DNA of 64,000 nt from Octopus vulgaris (taxonomy: Eukaryota), in the NCBI GenBank assembly GCA_951406725.2, contig OX597826.1, positions 60,140,001 through 60,204,000 of the forward strand. Direction: 5' to 3'. Both the position numbers and the translations under genes were made by a program. How positions within the stretch are numbered: the first letter of the stretch is position 1; every line of letters begins with the position of its first letter. The notes beneath the pieces were generated by a model. That model did no database searches. It was not told the DNA's origin and was given only the letters and a program-made list of their open reading frames with translations. This document shows positions 25,681 to 39,846 of this stretch, one piece after another.

Positions 25681-26209
25681 CACACACACGAATACTTACA
25701 TATATAAACATATACATATACGTAGACATGTATGTGTATTGTGTGTGTTTGCAAACACATGATATACGTGTGTGTATGTTTCACTATATAGCTATATATG
25801 TAAATACAAATATGTATGTACATATGTATGCATATATCTATATATACATGTGTCAACGTATGTGAATATGTGTGCGTATATTCTTGTGTATATTGGACCC
25901 ACACTCGATCGCCATACTAGGATATTACAAATGTTTCTTCCCTCGGGTAAAACCCAAAGTTACAAACCTGTCTCAATCCAAAATTCCTGAAGGAATTCTT
26001 CTAAATGACAGCTTGGATTTTAGAAACAAATGACTATTTTCTTTCATAAAGGAATTGTAATGCTGTGATCAAAATCTTGAACCCAACTGCCATCATTGAT
26101 TACGGGTCAATGTACCTTTTCTGGTCTTTTGTCTTTCGATTTCCACAACAGTAAGATTTTGACAAACAGCTAAGTGTATTTGTTAGATGTAAGTTAGATG
26201 TATATCAGA

Positions 26210-26578
26210 CTAGCAGTATCGCCCGGCGTTGCTCGGGTTTGTAAGGGAAATAACTATAAAGCATTTTTAGAGAGTTATAGCCAAAAAAATGGGAAAAAAA
26301 TTATGGTAAATTTTTTTTAGTTAAAAAGGTCGAGTTGCGTCCCCTAGACAGTCTGTGGTTTGTGTTTCTAATTCTCGACCCCATGTCGAATTTATCGATT
26401 TTTTTCAGAACTGGGGGAACTTTTCAAAATTTTCGCTGCGTTAGTTTTGAATTATGACATTGGGCTATGTGTGTGTCAAGTTTCATCAGAATCGGTTGAA
26501 AGCCGTGGTCAGGGTGAGGGTACAACCTAACAGACACACAGAAACACACAGACAAACTGCCGTTTATATATAGAGAGA
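26210..26578 (-). mobile_element. Non-autonomous Helitron, copy 2 (complete ends)
   Basis: Minus strand starts TC (26578), ends CCCGAGCAACGCCGGG hairpin ... CTAG (26210); inserted between A (26209) and T (26579) with no TSD. Confidence 0.88.
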
Positions 26579-26913
26579 TAAGGGCACCAGCAAACAATCA
26601 GCCATACACACCCACACAATACACCATCCATACACTCACACACTCATACTCACATAACGCACTGGTGTGTTTACACATTTTTGTCTACAGCAGGAATCTT
26701 TCTCGTAACAACTGGTATCATGTTTATATTTAAATACATTACTGCTTAGCGCTTCTAATACGTACAGGAAAAAAACACAACAGCCATTTTCAACTATAAA
26801 AGGTACATATATATTATTTGTTTACGAAATCAGAAGAGGTAAATTGACAGGATTACTCCATGTAGTCAATTGCGTTGCAAATAATGGCAGTCCATTGACT
26901 CAAAGACGTATAC

Positions 26914-27074
26914 GGCCCAGGCCTGGGTGTGCGGAAAGAAGCCTGATTCCCAAACACATGGCTCAGGGTTCAGTCCCACTGCGTGGCATCTTTGGCAAGT
27001 GTCTTCTACTATAGCCTCGGGCCGACCAGGGCCTTGTGAATAGATTTGGTAGACGGAAACAGAAAGAATCACGT

Positions 27075-27105
<31 letters not shown>

Positions 27106-27357
27106 GCATGTATATATCCATATACATATATATATATATACATATATATGTGTGTGCTTGTGTTTGTGTTTGACCACCACCATTGCTTAACAAACGATGT
27201 TGGTGTGTTTACGTCCCCGTAATTTAGAGGTTCGGTAAAAGTGACCGGTAATATATGTAACAGACTTACAAAAAATAAGCCCAGTGATCGATTTGTTCGA
27301 CTAAGAGGAAGTGCTCCAGCATGGCCACAGTCAAAATGAGTGAAACAGGTGAAAAAA
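26914..27357 (+). mobile_element. SINE family 2, full length
   Basis: Aligns to the consensus along its length. Confidence 0.85.
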
Positions 27358-27447
27358 CAATATGTATGTATGTATGTATGTATGAATGTGTATCTATGTA
27401 TGCATGTATATGTGTGCGCATGTGTGTAGTTGTGTCTGTGTGTGTGT

Positions 27448-27482
<35 letters not shown>

Positions 27483-27994
27483 TGTGTAGACGGAGATTCT
27501 TATTAGAGAACTTTTGACTCCGATGTCTTTAGCCATAACTACATTACCAGTAAACGTAGGTGATTGCAAAAATTACGAACGCAAAGACAATTGACTGCAA
27601 TTTTCAAAACAGTTTCTTTCTTTTTTCTTTTCGAGACCTCAAGTTGTTTCGGCTTCATCGAAAATCGGCGTGTTGAGCGCTATCCTGCCCTATGTCATCT
27701 AGAGCGAGAAACCTGAAACGAGCGAATGAAGACAGGGATAGCGTGAATTAGATATGTGTATTGTCTGGTTTCCCTGTATTCTAAAATAATATTGTATATG
27801 ATGGTATATAATAGATAGTGTGCAAGCAGAGATGATATCATCAAAAGTATGTAAGTCAGATGAAAATGGCTATTGTGTTTGAAATGGAAATAGTAAAAGA
27901 TTGTTTCGTGATTTTGAAGACAACAACTTAATAAAACGGCCGCAAAAACGAACAAAACGAATATAAGTATTACTAATGAAGATAATAATAAATT

Positions 27995-28182
27995 CTACAA
28001 AAGGAGTACGACCTGAGATTTTTACTCCGCCCTCAGTGCTCAGTTGGTACGTATTTTGTCGAACTGAGAATGATGAAAGACATAGTCGCCCTCGGCGGTA
28101 TTTCATCACGGAAGGTAAAGCGGACGAAATGCCCTTGTGCGTTTTGTTTGGCGTGCTAACGACTATACCAGCTGGCCGTTTT
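27995..28182 (-). mobile_element. SINE family 1, strongly diverged
   Basis: TGGTACGTATTTTGTCGA...GATGAAAG...CCTCGGCGG...GACGAAATG...GTGCTAACG follow consensus order. Confidence 0.6.
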
Positions 28183-28191
28183 AATAATAGC

Positions 28192-28292
<101 letters not shown>

Positions 28293-28294
28293 TA

Positions 28295-28820
28295 AATGCC
28301 CTGATGTAGCACCAGGCAGTGGTTCTCGTGGCTTCTGATCTCAACTGATTGGAAGTGTTATCATGTACATTGTTGTGTCTTGGTATAAAAGATGGGCTAC
28401 AGCAAATATTCTGCTCAATACCACAGATTTGCTTATCAGTTGCTTGACTTTAACCAGTTGAGCATGTCCCTTAGTGGCTGACGATATGTGCATCTCTGAT
28501 CACGAGCATCATAGCCATGTGTTGAGAGGGATTCTTTGGGGTTTGAATAATTCACCTCTGAAAACGTGGGTAGTTCGTTCAACATCCTTAAACAACCTTT
28601 TGAGCGGGATGGGCTACTCGACCAGAAGAAAATTCTAACTGGGCCCCACTTGCAAGGTCATGTGCTGTTTATCTTGACATGAGATCACCATGTCGCGCAC
28701 ATATGGTTGTGATGCATGTGCCTAGTGTACCCTTATCAGACGGGTAGTTATGATGGTTTTACTGGGCTTCGTATATTTTACCCCAGTGTCACTTTGATGG
28801 CATTCACTGCTCTCTCACTC
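28295..28820. mobile_element. Unclassified ~525-bp insert cleanly embedded in (AAT)n
   Basis: GC-richer block with sharp (AAT)n boundaries on both sides; single copy in this window. Confidence 0.45.
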
Positions 28821-28890
<70 letters not shown>

Positions 28891-28910
28891 TAACAGTAAT
28901 AATAATAATT

Positions 28911-29351
28911 TTATAAAAAAAGGATAGATATTTATGAATAGTTTTGTGTATATACCAATCTTTTACCGCAATAGTGGGAGGAAAAGAAATTAATCCAATA
29001 AAATTAATTAATCTAATAAAATTAATCTAACAAAATTCATCTAATTTTTGTATCTATAAATTCATACTTAGCTTATATAAAGCTATACTGGTATATTCAC
29101 TACTTATAAAAGAGGTTGCAATTTTATTAATATATAATTAGCATGTATTTTTACCTCAATACTACTTTATTAATACCAATATATACCAATTAATCAATAT
29201 TCACAGGCACCAACTGATGAGTTAGTATTTACGTGTACGCTATGTATAAATATTAAACTATTTCTGGATAATTTATTTTTCTCCCTCTATTGTAGTAAAA
29301 GTTTGGTATACACTCAACAGTATTCATAAATATCTGTAGTTTTTGTTATAA
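28911..29351. repeat. Diverged ~90-bp inverted repeat (28911-29000 vs 29262-29351)
   Basis: GATATTTATGAATA...TATACCAA.CTTTTAC..CAATAG.GGGAG recurs as its reverse complement; CTGATGA at 29214 lies between the arms. Confidence 0.7.
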
Positions 29352-29970
29352 TATTATTTTTAATAATCGTCTGAATAACCCTAAACGTTAACTGTATATT
29401 GTTTAAAATATTTAACTATAGTTAAAATATTTAACTATAGTACTAAATGATAAAGCTTCCCCTGTTTCATTATCAATAGTCTGCTAGTGGGCGACCCCAT
29501 TAATTGTCATCTAACATCTTGTTTTAAGTTTTCCTTTACCAAACTTCATGATATTGCCTCTAAGAAATCTTGATTTTTATGATTATATCAACTAAGATTT
29601 ATGTCTGCTCCCTCAGCCCTAACCCTAACAGATAATGTCCTTTGTTCTCTCAGCCTTAGATATACAAGGATTTGATAAACTAGTCTATGAATTAAAACTG
29701 ACCCCATTAAAAACAAAACAATCAGTGACAGACAGAGTGAGTAAAAATGTATATCAGTCTGTTCTTTGTCTATATCCTTAACTTCTTGGAGATTTTAGGT
29801 ATAATTATACTAATGTGTCCATCTGTTCTAAATTAATTAAATTCTATATCTGTACAGCTGAGGATTGCTCTGCATTTTAAATTGTTGTAATGATTGCATT
29901 GTTCATTTAAATGGAGTTGCATGAAACGATCGTGCTGCATTACCTCTGCATATCCTTGTTGCTTATTTTG

Positions 29971-30112
<142 letters not shown>

Positions 30113-31021
30113 ATATGATATATATATATATACATATATTTATGAATGAGTAGGGCAAGAATGGGTTGATATTTCTAATGGTGTGAGGAAATGTATAGTT
30201 CCCTATTTAGTCTCCTATTCTTCTTTCTCTCTTTCTTCCTTACCTTCCTCTTCCCCTTCTTCTTCGTCTTCTTCTTCTCTTCTTCTTCTTCTTCTTCTTC
30301 TTCTTCTTTTTCTCCTTCTCTTTCTTCGTCTACTACTAGTACTACTACAGTTTGTATCAAGAGGAATATTGAAAGTATTGTCGATTTTTTTCTTAATTGG
30401 CAGTATCAATAACCATGCGTTATTGTTGTTGTTGTTGATGATGATGATGATGATGATGTTTTCAGATTATTTAGATGACTTTTTTTGCAAAGGAGAGTTG
30501 ACAACCTTCTCCAAATGAACCAACCAACCAGCTAACAAATCAACCCGCAAATCACCCACTAAAAAAAAAACAACATAATAACACGCACACATACCGTGTT
30601 AGAAATAAGAAGAACATTTAACAGCTATCTCCACATAACTTTTCTTAACGTAGAAAGCTGCTATTAATCATTTAATAAACATCTTTCTCAGGAAACGAAA
30701 GATTTTAGATGTTTCAATGGATATGTTTAAAAGGTAAAAAAAAATAAAACATAATATATAAACAAACAATTCGTGGAAATTAATAAATATATTGAAAATA
30801 CCAACAACAAAATCGGGCCAAATATGCATAAAAAAAAAAACGAGTAAATGTCATAAACAATTGATAGAAATTGTGCTGAATAAGAAACTAGAATTTAATT
30901 TTGATTTATGGGAGGGGAAAAAAGCGATCTATTGGTAATTGCCAAATAGTGATTGACGAAATGATAATTGAGAAAACAGCTAGGCATGGTTTGATATATA
31001 TATATATATATATACACACAC

Positions 31022-31072
<51 letters not shown>

Positions 31073-31206
31073 TATATGCGTGTATATATATTTATATATA
31101 TACATACATACATACATACATACATACATACATACACACATACACACACATAAATATACATATTTGCATATATAAACACATATACATATATATATAGATG
31201 TATGTC

Positions 31207-31283
<77 letters not shown>

Positions 31284-32419
31284 GTGTGTGCATAAACATA
31301 TATATATTTATGTATGTATATATATATATATATATACATATGTTTGTGTATGTGTAGGCAAAGAGACATAGAGAGAGCGGCACAAGAGAGGGAATTAGTA
31401 ATAGGGAGAGAAAGAAATAGAGGAAAAGAGAAATGACGAAAGAAAAGATGTACATGTATGTTTGTATGTGTGTATGGGAGGTATAGGAAGAAAGAGATAT
31501 AGTATAAAACCACTGACAATGCATGAAAACGTTGATAAAAAGGGAGAAAGACAGAGAGAGAGAGAGAGAGAGAAAAGTGGAACTGAGTGATTGAGAAAAG
31601 CAAACTGAAAGAGAACAGTTTTTTTATGTATCTTTGATCCGTGTCTTTATATTTCTGTGGATTCACTTCAACATATTAAATTCTCATCTCCGTAACACCC
31701 AAGTCTAATATGCGTGACTCCTGGAGAGCGCGCGCGCGCTTGAATGTATGTATTGTAGTATCGCTGTAGGGTAATGTATATGCATATGGGCAATACTTAC
31801 TTCGCTGTCTCCTCAGATGTACGGAATCTTACTCCGTTCGTATGAATATTTGAACCTACTACATCGAACATTCGTGGAAGCGAATCGACCTGTTATAAAA
31901 TACGCACAACCGCAACAATTGTGGAGTACTTATCTCTGTATTTCTACTCCTCTTTCGTTTTATATATACATATATATATATGCATACGTTATACATGCAC
32001 GTATGTGTGTGTTATACATGTATATATATGGTATAGATATGTATGTATTTGACTTGGCCTTTACCCTCAAAACGGCAGGCATTGTGCAAAATCTGAAGTA
32101 ATTCTTATCATCATAGAAACAGGCCCTAACACGGCGGACATCCACCAAAGATAATCGTTTCCACTCACAATATAAGTTCCCACACAAATTCCATGCATAC
32201 ATAAATCCCCAAAAGAATTTAACCAAAACATAAACGAAAATCACATTAAGGAAAACAAATGCGTATGAAACCATTTTTCCCTCAGCTCACACGAAACGCT
32301 TCACATATTGTACCACTACTCAAATTCAATTCTTACAAGAACACCAACCTGAAAACGTACACACATTTCCTATAATCTTTCCAGAAAACCTTTGTTGCCT
32401 TGCAGCATCACCCAATATG

Positions 32420-32680
32420 GTGTTTTGGTATGAAGAGACATAATTCCTAGCCCAACCATTGCGTGAATTGGTTAATCATCTTTTTTACAGCATCGAAACA
32501 CCGGATGTGTTTGTTGACATCCCAAAATAGAGCGCGGTCTCCATATTTCATTTCATATCTGCCATCTCTGAAGAGCGCAGTGTTACATGATCGGACTGTA
32601 ACCTAACACCTCGTTGAACCCCTAGTGCGAAATCCAACCTTAAGATCAGCCGTAATGGGTGTACACTAGTGTACACTTCG
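32420..32680 (-). mobile_element. Possible highly decayed LINE RT fragment
   Basis: Weak GV(Q/R)xG-like and VGL..N..KT-like remnants across frames. Confidence 0.25.
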
Positions 32681-32823
32681 ATTAATATGTATGTATATAT
32701 AAATATATATAATACATGCATACATATGTACATACCTTGATGTTGATGAAATTCCAATGTATATAGGCAATAACCTAGGCAAGAAATATTGAAATATGTC
32801 TGAATAATAACATTCATACTTAC

Positions 32824-32962
32824 ATACATACATATATTGTTATGGTATATTCTGTAAAGAACATAGGGGAGTACAGTATTGAGCTCATCCTCCTTCAGAT
32901 TTAGCCTGTGCCATCCAGCAGTAGTATTATACATACTTCCAGGTTTGCGTTTCGGCATATGT
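32824..32962 (-). other. Candidate exon (unverified)
   Basis: AG acceptor after a pyrimidine-rich stretch, GTAAGT/GTATGT donors, open frame HMPKRKPGSMYNTTAGWHRLNLKEDEL... Confidence 0.2.
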
Positions 32963-33138
32963 CTTGTTTGAATAGGTAATTAAAGAAAGTGGGAAACATT
33001 TACATAATGAAGCACTTGCACACCTGGAGAACTACGTTGCATGGAAACAAATGTAGTGCTTAAAAATGAAATGTCCAAACGTTGACTCTAATTTCTTAAA
33101 TTGCACATATATATATATATATATATATACATATATAA

Positions 33139-33346
33139 AGTTAATCCAAACAAGAAAGCACAAAAAAAACACTACAACGCAAGGACGTGGAACACATATA
33201 GCATTATTGGACGCTCAGGAATGAAGGAAAGAAGGAGGGTTTAACGTTTCGAGCGGAGCTCTTCGTCGGAAACATAGGAGAAGGAAAGATCCAGAGAAGG
33301 GAAGACAGAGGATAAAAAATCACCAACGGTACACACGAGGTCACAT
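33139..33346 (-). mobile_element. HHR-bearing element, subfamily A copy 2
   Basis: Minus strand TTT-CCGACGA-A-GAGC TCC GCTC-GAAA-CGT-T-AAA at 33240-33272; lies between (TA)n tracts. Confidence 0.8.
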
Positions 33347-33369
33347 TTTGAAAAAATATATATATATAT

Positions 33370-33461
33370 GGAGGCGCTTGTCTTAGTGGTTAGGATGTCA
33401 GCATCATGATCGTAAGATTGTGGTTTCGTTGTGTTCTTGAGCAAAACACTTCATTTCACGT
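33370..33461 (+). mobile_element. SINE family 3, 5' fragment
   Basis: tRNA-like head plus GTGTTCTTGAGCAAAACACTTCATTTCACG core. Confidence 0.65.
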
Positions 33462-33499
<38 letters not shown>

Positions 33500-34149
33500 G
33501 GATGTGTATGTGTGTGTGTTCTCCAACGTTCACTAGTGAACGATTGAGGAAATTGGGTCGCTCCCTCACATCCCTATCCATATTATAATTCCCTAGTATA
33601 TGGGGGAAACGAAAAATGAACGTCCTAATCATAGACATCACAAACGTGGTGAAATCGTGCCTCGATGTTGTTTTCGATATGTGTTGTGCACTGATAGTCT
33701 CTTCCAAACTGAAATCAGATGGAATTTCTTATGGAAGTGCAATTCCTATAAATCACTAGAAATGAAACAAGTCTTGTACACCGAAGCTGGTGCGGGGCGA
33801 AAGGCCTTGGGTATGGTAAGGAAGTACTGAATCGCAGCTACCCTGATGTATGTATAACAGTGAGGGTACAAATTTATGTGCAAGCTGCGCAGAAAATAAC
33901 CCAGTTAAGATGTATTTATATGAATATTAGAATCATTAAGTAACAGAACTTTGACAAGTATCTCATTTCCCATTGGCATTACAGATAAAGGTATGTAAAT
34001 AATTGTAAAAAGAGGATACAATTATATACACGGCATACACAGACGTCTCTCTCTTTCTATCTCTCTCTCTCTGTATATATATATATATATATATATATAG
34101 ATGAGAAAGTTGGTTTGTGAAAGCACGTGGTTGAATATATAGAATATAT

Positions 34150-34340
34150 AGAATATATAGAAAATAGTAAAAAGTGAAAAAACTACAGAAGGTCATTTCT
34201 TCTAAACTATGTCATTATAAGAAAGGAAAAAAAAAATTATAACATTCTTCAGACATATTGACTCAAATATATATTTTTTAACCTTTTAAAACAAGCCTTC
34301 TGTAGTTTTTTCACTTTTTACTATTTTCTATAAATATATA
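34150..34340. repeat. Inverted repeat, ~40-bp arms
   Basis: TATAGAAAATAGTAAAAAGTGAAAAAACTACAGAAGG vs CCTTCTGTAGTTTTTTCACTTTTTACTATTTTCTATA. Confidence 0.9.
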
Positions 34341-34710
34341 TATATACACATATTTGCGTATGTATTGGGAGACGGGGATCCCTGTGTATGCATATATTTT
34401 CCAACTACCTGTCTTGTTTTTCACAATGTGTTGTTCTTATTCCCTCACAGTTCATCGCTTGTGTATGTTTCCGTTACCGTCCTTTACGGGCTTTGCTAAT
34501 GTTCGTACACTTGTCCCAGAAGGATTGGCTGTAGGTATTACTAGAACGAATAATACTATCGATAAACACGAGAAATCATGAAGAATTTTGGGTGATAATT
34601 GATGGTGCCTCATGTGAAAGGTTTCAGAGTATTCCTTTATTTGATCTTCTGTACATTGTTTCTTTTTTTACTATTACTGTATATATAAATATTTAAATAT
34701 ATTTCAAATT

Positions 34711-34934
34711 CTAACAACATGTGAATTGTTGACTAAGTTTTTCCCTACTTCTTCATTTTCTATTCGACTTTCCTCTCTCTCTCCTCTTTCTGAAGAAGAG
34801 CATTGCTCGAAAGGAAAAACCACCTTTCTTTCCTTCCCTGATCGTCTGCTAATATTTTACATGTACCACGTACTCATGTCGTTGTTTTTTTTGTGTTTGT
34901 TCTTGTTTTTTTTTTCTTGAGGGTGGGATTTACT
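34711..34934 (+). mobile_element. HHR-bearing element, subfamily A copy 3 (diverged)
   Basis: TTT-CTGAAGA-A-GAGC ATT GCTC-GAAA-GGA at 34787-34819 (stem III mutated); downstream TTCCCTGA.CGTC motif. Confidence 0.7.
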
Positions 34935-35272
34935 ATATGTGTGTGTGTCTGTGTGTGGATCATATTGCTTTACAATTTTTACAAATCTTTATATTTATTT
35001 CAGATACACTTTCATATAAGTACGGTAAGCCGAGTTCACAGCACTTTTTATTCTTTGTATGAATGAAGGGTCCCTGTTGGCAATGAAAATGAATGAATTG
35101 TCATCATCGTCAACATTGTTTCATTTTTGTTTTCGTGGTTCTTGTCGTTCTTTTTCGTCTTCTTCGTTTTCTTCTTTTCGTCTTCCTCCACGTCCTCCAC
35201 GCCCCCCTTCATTTTCTCATTATCATTATTCTTATTACTTCTACTACTACTCACATTTCAATTGTTGACAGA

Positions 35273-35341
<69 letters not shown>

Positions 35342-35360
35342 ATATATATATATATATGTA

Positions 35361-35406
<46 letters not shown>

Positions 35407-35899
35407 GTATGTGTGTGTACATATATAAATGTATATATGAATGCGTTAGAAGCAGAGTCTAACATAGTTATTGTTACTCATTTCTTCATTATAAACAAAT
35501 ATTTTGAAAGTTTATATGAAGTGGGAATGGTGTGGGAATGCGATATGAGTGGCTGATAGAGTATTTTCCGAAACCTTAGAACTAATCGAAAATTCTTCAG
35601 CAATTAAATTGGCTGGAACATATCGTTAGACCTTGTAGCGTTTAGTTCTATGTTCATGGAATTATTTGTGGTGATGTTCATGATGATAGTGGTGACGGTG
35701 GTGGAAGGTGTCGGTGGATCTTGGTGCGAGTTTCTATGCGCCATTCATAGCATTTATAAACAAATATGTGGTGCGTTAATATATGTATATATATATTTGC
35801 TATGTATATATATATATCTCTATATATATAGATATATATACTATGTATATAACTATATATATACATATATATGTATATATATTTATATATGTATATATG

Positions 35900-35939
<40 letters not shown>

Positions 35940-36024
35940 CTCACTCCAGATATATAACGGGATTCTATATATTTAATATACGCATAGCTAACTGCGCGCG
36001 CTAGGGGTTTGAGTATGTACAATC

Positions 36025-36065
<41 letters not shown>

Positions 36066-36186
36066 CATGTATGTATGCATGTATGCGCGTGTGTCTGTGT
36101 GTGTGTTTACATTTATCTATATCTATATCAATATATATATATTAATATATATATACATATATATATATATATTTATGAATATATAC

Positions 36187-36236
<50 letters not shown>

Positions 36237-36319
36237 GCATATCTACACCTATCCGTCTCTCTGTATATCTATTTAGCTATCTAGATATTAATCAATCTAT
36301 CTATATACGTATATGTTTG

Positions 36320-36364
<45 letters not shown>

Positions 36365-36783
36365 GCGTGTATAAACGTATGTATGTACGTATGTATGTAC
36401 ATATCTATTTATTTATATATCTATGTATTTACACAATTAGAGTGAAGTAGTCTCACAATGAATTCAATATGTCCAAACGAAAATGTCACAAGATTTATTT
36501 AATAATATCTTCTTGCTTCTAGTCAATCCAAAATGTTGCGTTGTTTCCCTTTTTGCGTTGTTGACATTTAAAAACCGATGTTGGCGTAGTTGTTGCTGTT
36601 TTTCTGGCTGATCTTTTTGTTATTTATCTTCTATATTTTTCTCATTTTTTTTTCTTACTTATGATTCTTCTGATTCTTCTTCTTCTCCAGCTTTACTTTT
36701 CGACATCGTCAGAACCATCATCATCATAGTAGTGATCTTCGTCATCGTCATCGTCTATGTCTTCGTATATCTCCTCCACCTCC

Positions 36784-36857
36784 TCCTCCTCCTTCTCATC
36801 CTCCTCCTTCTCATCCTCCTCCTTCTCATCCTCCTCCTTCTCATCCTCCTCCTTCTC
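36784..36857 (+). repeat. 15-bp repeat (TCCTCCTCCTTCTCA) x ~5
   Basis: Directly visible. Confidence 0.85.
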
Positions 36858-37534
36858 TCCTCCTCATCATCATCATCATCATGACCATGTCGTAGTCGCC
36901 GTGGTCATTATTATCATTATCATCATCATCGTCGTCGTCGTCATCATAATCGTCTTCGTCGGCGCCATGTTCCACACTTTTTTCTTCTACTCGTTATAAT
37001 TATAATAACAATCATCATCATCATCGTCATCAACATCATCATCAATTATTATTGTTGTTGTTATGATTATAATCATCATCATCATCGTCGTCGTCTTCGT
37101 CGTTCTTCTCGTCGTCGTCATTGTTGATGTTATTGTTTGTAGTGGTTGAAGCAGCAGTATTTGTAGTAGCAACAGCAACAGAAGCTGCGGTGTTATTTGC
37201 AATCATCTTCCTTTACACCCACCATCTTTTCCCTTGTTGTTCCTTTTGAGGCTATTTTCCGGTTGCATTGTCTGCTTAAAAAAATTATATTTCCCTTTGT
37301 CATTTTATAAAAATGATTACATAATTTGTTTACGTTACAATGAGTAGGGTTTTTTTTTTAAATATAAAAAGAAAAACGGAATTTTATTGTCAAAGAAAGA
37401 AATAACAAAAACAAAAACAAGCCTACATCATTCAGCTTATCACTGAGATGCTGAGTTACCAAGTGATGAAGTAGCTAGATCTCCTAAAGGGAACAGCCAA
37501 TTATGTACTTGCGTTTACGTTTCTAGATACGTGC

Positions 37535-37568
<34 letters not shown>

Positions 37569-37573
37569 TTGTG

Positions 37574-37776
37574 TTTTAGAGAAAAACCTCTATTAAACAA
37601 TTCAATAACAAAAGAGGTTATTCATACCATATAGAAAACGTATACTATAAAAGCGTTATTAGAAAAATAAATGAAGTACAAGAAAAAAAATAGTAAATAG
37701 TAGTAAAAAGACTACGTGCGTTTCGTGGCTATATATTTCCAATAGATAATACTAATAAAATGAATTCGATGTGCGT

Positions 37777-37821
<45 letters not shown>

Positions 37822-38283
37822 AGAGGAAAACCTCTATTAAACGATTCAATAACGAAAGAGGTTATTCATACCATATAGAAAACGTATACTATAAAAGCCT
37901 TATTAGAAAAATCAATGAAGTACAAGAAAAAAAATAGTAAATAGTAGTAAAAAGACTACGAGCGTTTCGTGGCTATATTTTCAAATAGATAATAATAATA
38001 ATAAAATGAATTCGATTTAAAATTAAATCGATCTAGAATTAATTCTTTTTAAAAATATAGTTACTCATCAGTTCTAAAATAATAATAATAAAAGAATAAT
38101 AATAGCATAAATGTACTTATCTTATAGCCACGAAACACGCATAGTCTTTTTACTACTATTTACTAATAATTGTTTTTGTACTTTATTGATTTTTATAATA
38201 AGGTTTTGTATAGTATATGTTTTCTATATGGTGAGAATAACATATATCGTTACTGAATTGTTTAATAGAGATTTTTCTCTTAA
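37574..38283 (-). mobile_element. Penelope-like pLTR arrangement: partial tandem copy, HHR-containing copy and inverted partial copy
   Basis: 37574-37770 matches 37818-38016; 38123-38283 matches the reverse complement of 37820-37977; minus-strand CTGATGA (38065-38071), long stem II, then GAAA-CGCTCG-TA. Confidence 0.7.
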
Positions 38284-38603
38284 TCATAGGGCACATTATC
38301 GATGGTATATACATAGTGAATATTAGTGAATATTGTATTTATAAGCCAAACCTGGAGCAGTATACGTATAGGGAAATCTCCAAACAAGACGCCATGTGAT
38401 CAACAGCACCAAATGTCACAGACAGAGCGAGATAACTCGCTTCGTGTATTGAAATTGGTAGATATTTGATATTTCGCCGTTATAGTCGATTATAAATACG
38501 ATGTACTCGGATGCACTAGAAACTAAGTGAATCGCCAGCCTATAGCTTATATGCAAATAGAGTGATATATATTCATATGTGTGTGAATATATATATATAT
38601 GCT

Positions 38604-38904
38604 GAGACCCCTCTTCGGTCCTGACTGACTATGGGATTGCACCTAGAAAGTTACTCTTCCAAGCAAAAGCCCAGGCAATGATGTTTATGGAAGACCAGCA
38701 TACCAGCCTCCCGTCTCCACACCACCAGTTTTAACCAACTTGGCACATGTGACGTCGCAGCTAATTTCTACAGCTGAGTGAACTGGAGCAACGTGAAATA
38801 AAGTGTCTTGCTCAAGAACGCCACACGCAGCCCGGTCTGGGATTCGAACTCACAACCTCACGATCGTAAGTTCCACGCTCTAACCACTGAGCCATGCGCC
38901 TTCC
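38604..38904 (-). mobile_element. SINE family 3, longest copy (tRNA head, V/Meta-like core, GGGGTCTC tail)
   Basis: Head GGCGCATGGCTCAGTGGTTAGAGCG...GAGTTCGAATCCC; core TTCTTGAGCAAGACACTTTATTTCACGTTGCTCCAGTTCACTCAGCTG. Confidence 0.8.
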
Positions 38905-39189
38905 CTATATATATATATTAACAATGCAAATGATATATTAACAATGCAAATGAATTTAATTTCCTAATTTTTTGTTTTGAGACTTGGAAATAGCAGCGAA
39001 ATGTTCCCGCGCATCACACTCTATACTCCAAAAGAAATTTAGACAGATAATAAAACACTACAATACAATTTATCTATCATCTCCTGCTACAGATGCATAA
39101 GTCTTCGCACAAATACGTAATACCTTTTCAAAAACTGACAACTGACACTTTTGAAATAAGATAATAACGCCTGTAATATTGTTTTTGAA

Positions 39190-39457
39190 TTTTGGCACAT
39201 GGCCAGCACTTTCGGAGGAGGGGTTTAATTTAATTTCATCGACCCCTCCAGTACACAGCTGGTACTTATTTTATCGACTCCGAAAGGATTAATGTCAATG
39301 TCAATTCTCTCAGCTCACTGCCTCATGTCACAGATGTCAAGAATGAAAGGCAATGTCGACATCAGAGGTATTTTAACTCAGAACGTAAAGACGGATGAAA
39401 TGCAGCTAATTCTTTTTTTTTTTCCGGCGAGCTAACGACTCTGTCAGTTCACCGCCT
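39190..39457 (-). mobile_element. SINE family 1 variant, diverged, with ~50-bp internal insertion
   Basis: CTGGTACTTATTTTATCGAC...GAAAGGCAATGTCGAC...CTCAGAACGTAAAGACGG. Confidence 0.7.
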
Positions 39458-39846
39458 GAAATGAAAGCGACCTGCAAGCCGCTATCGAGTATCGAACCCC
39501 GTAACGGTTGTAATTGTATCGGCCATACATGTCAGCTTCAGAAACACTTTTCTTATCTAACTTATCATTCTCTTACCGTGGTAAACCATTAATACACACA
39601 CTTTCTTTCTCCATTTGTCTCTCTTTCTCTATTTCTCTCTCTCTCTCTCTGTCATCCCTCCCTAATTCACCCACGCACCTTCTCCTTGTTTCTCTTTCTG
39701 TCTCTTATTCTAATATTGCAAGATATCTGTTTGCCTTTTTCTTTCTCTTTCACCTTCTACTACTATCTAATTTCTGTCTTCTTTAATCTAGGCAATTGCA
39801 TACCATCAGGCACCAACATAGATGATAGTTAAGTATCTTGCTCTGT

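Noticed and set aside
33520-33830. Mariner transposase remnant
   Set aside because: Only a vague HP.YS-like trace; too decayed to support
38830-38904. tRNA gene (also 54755-54830, 3274, 33370, 52010)
   Set aside because: A and B boxes are present, but the acceptor and anticodon stems do not pair and the longer copies continue into SINE body
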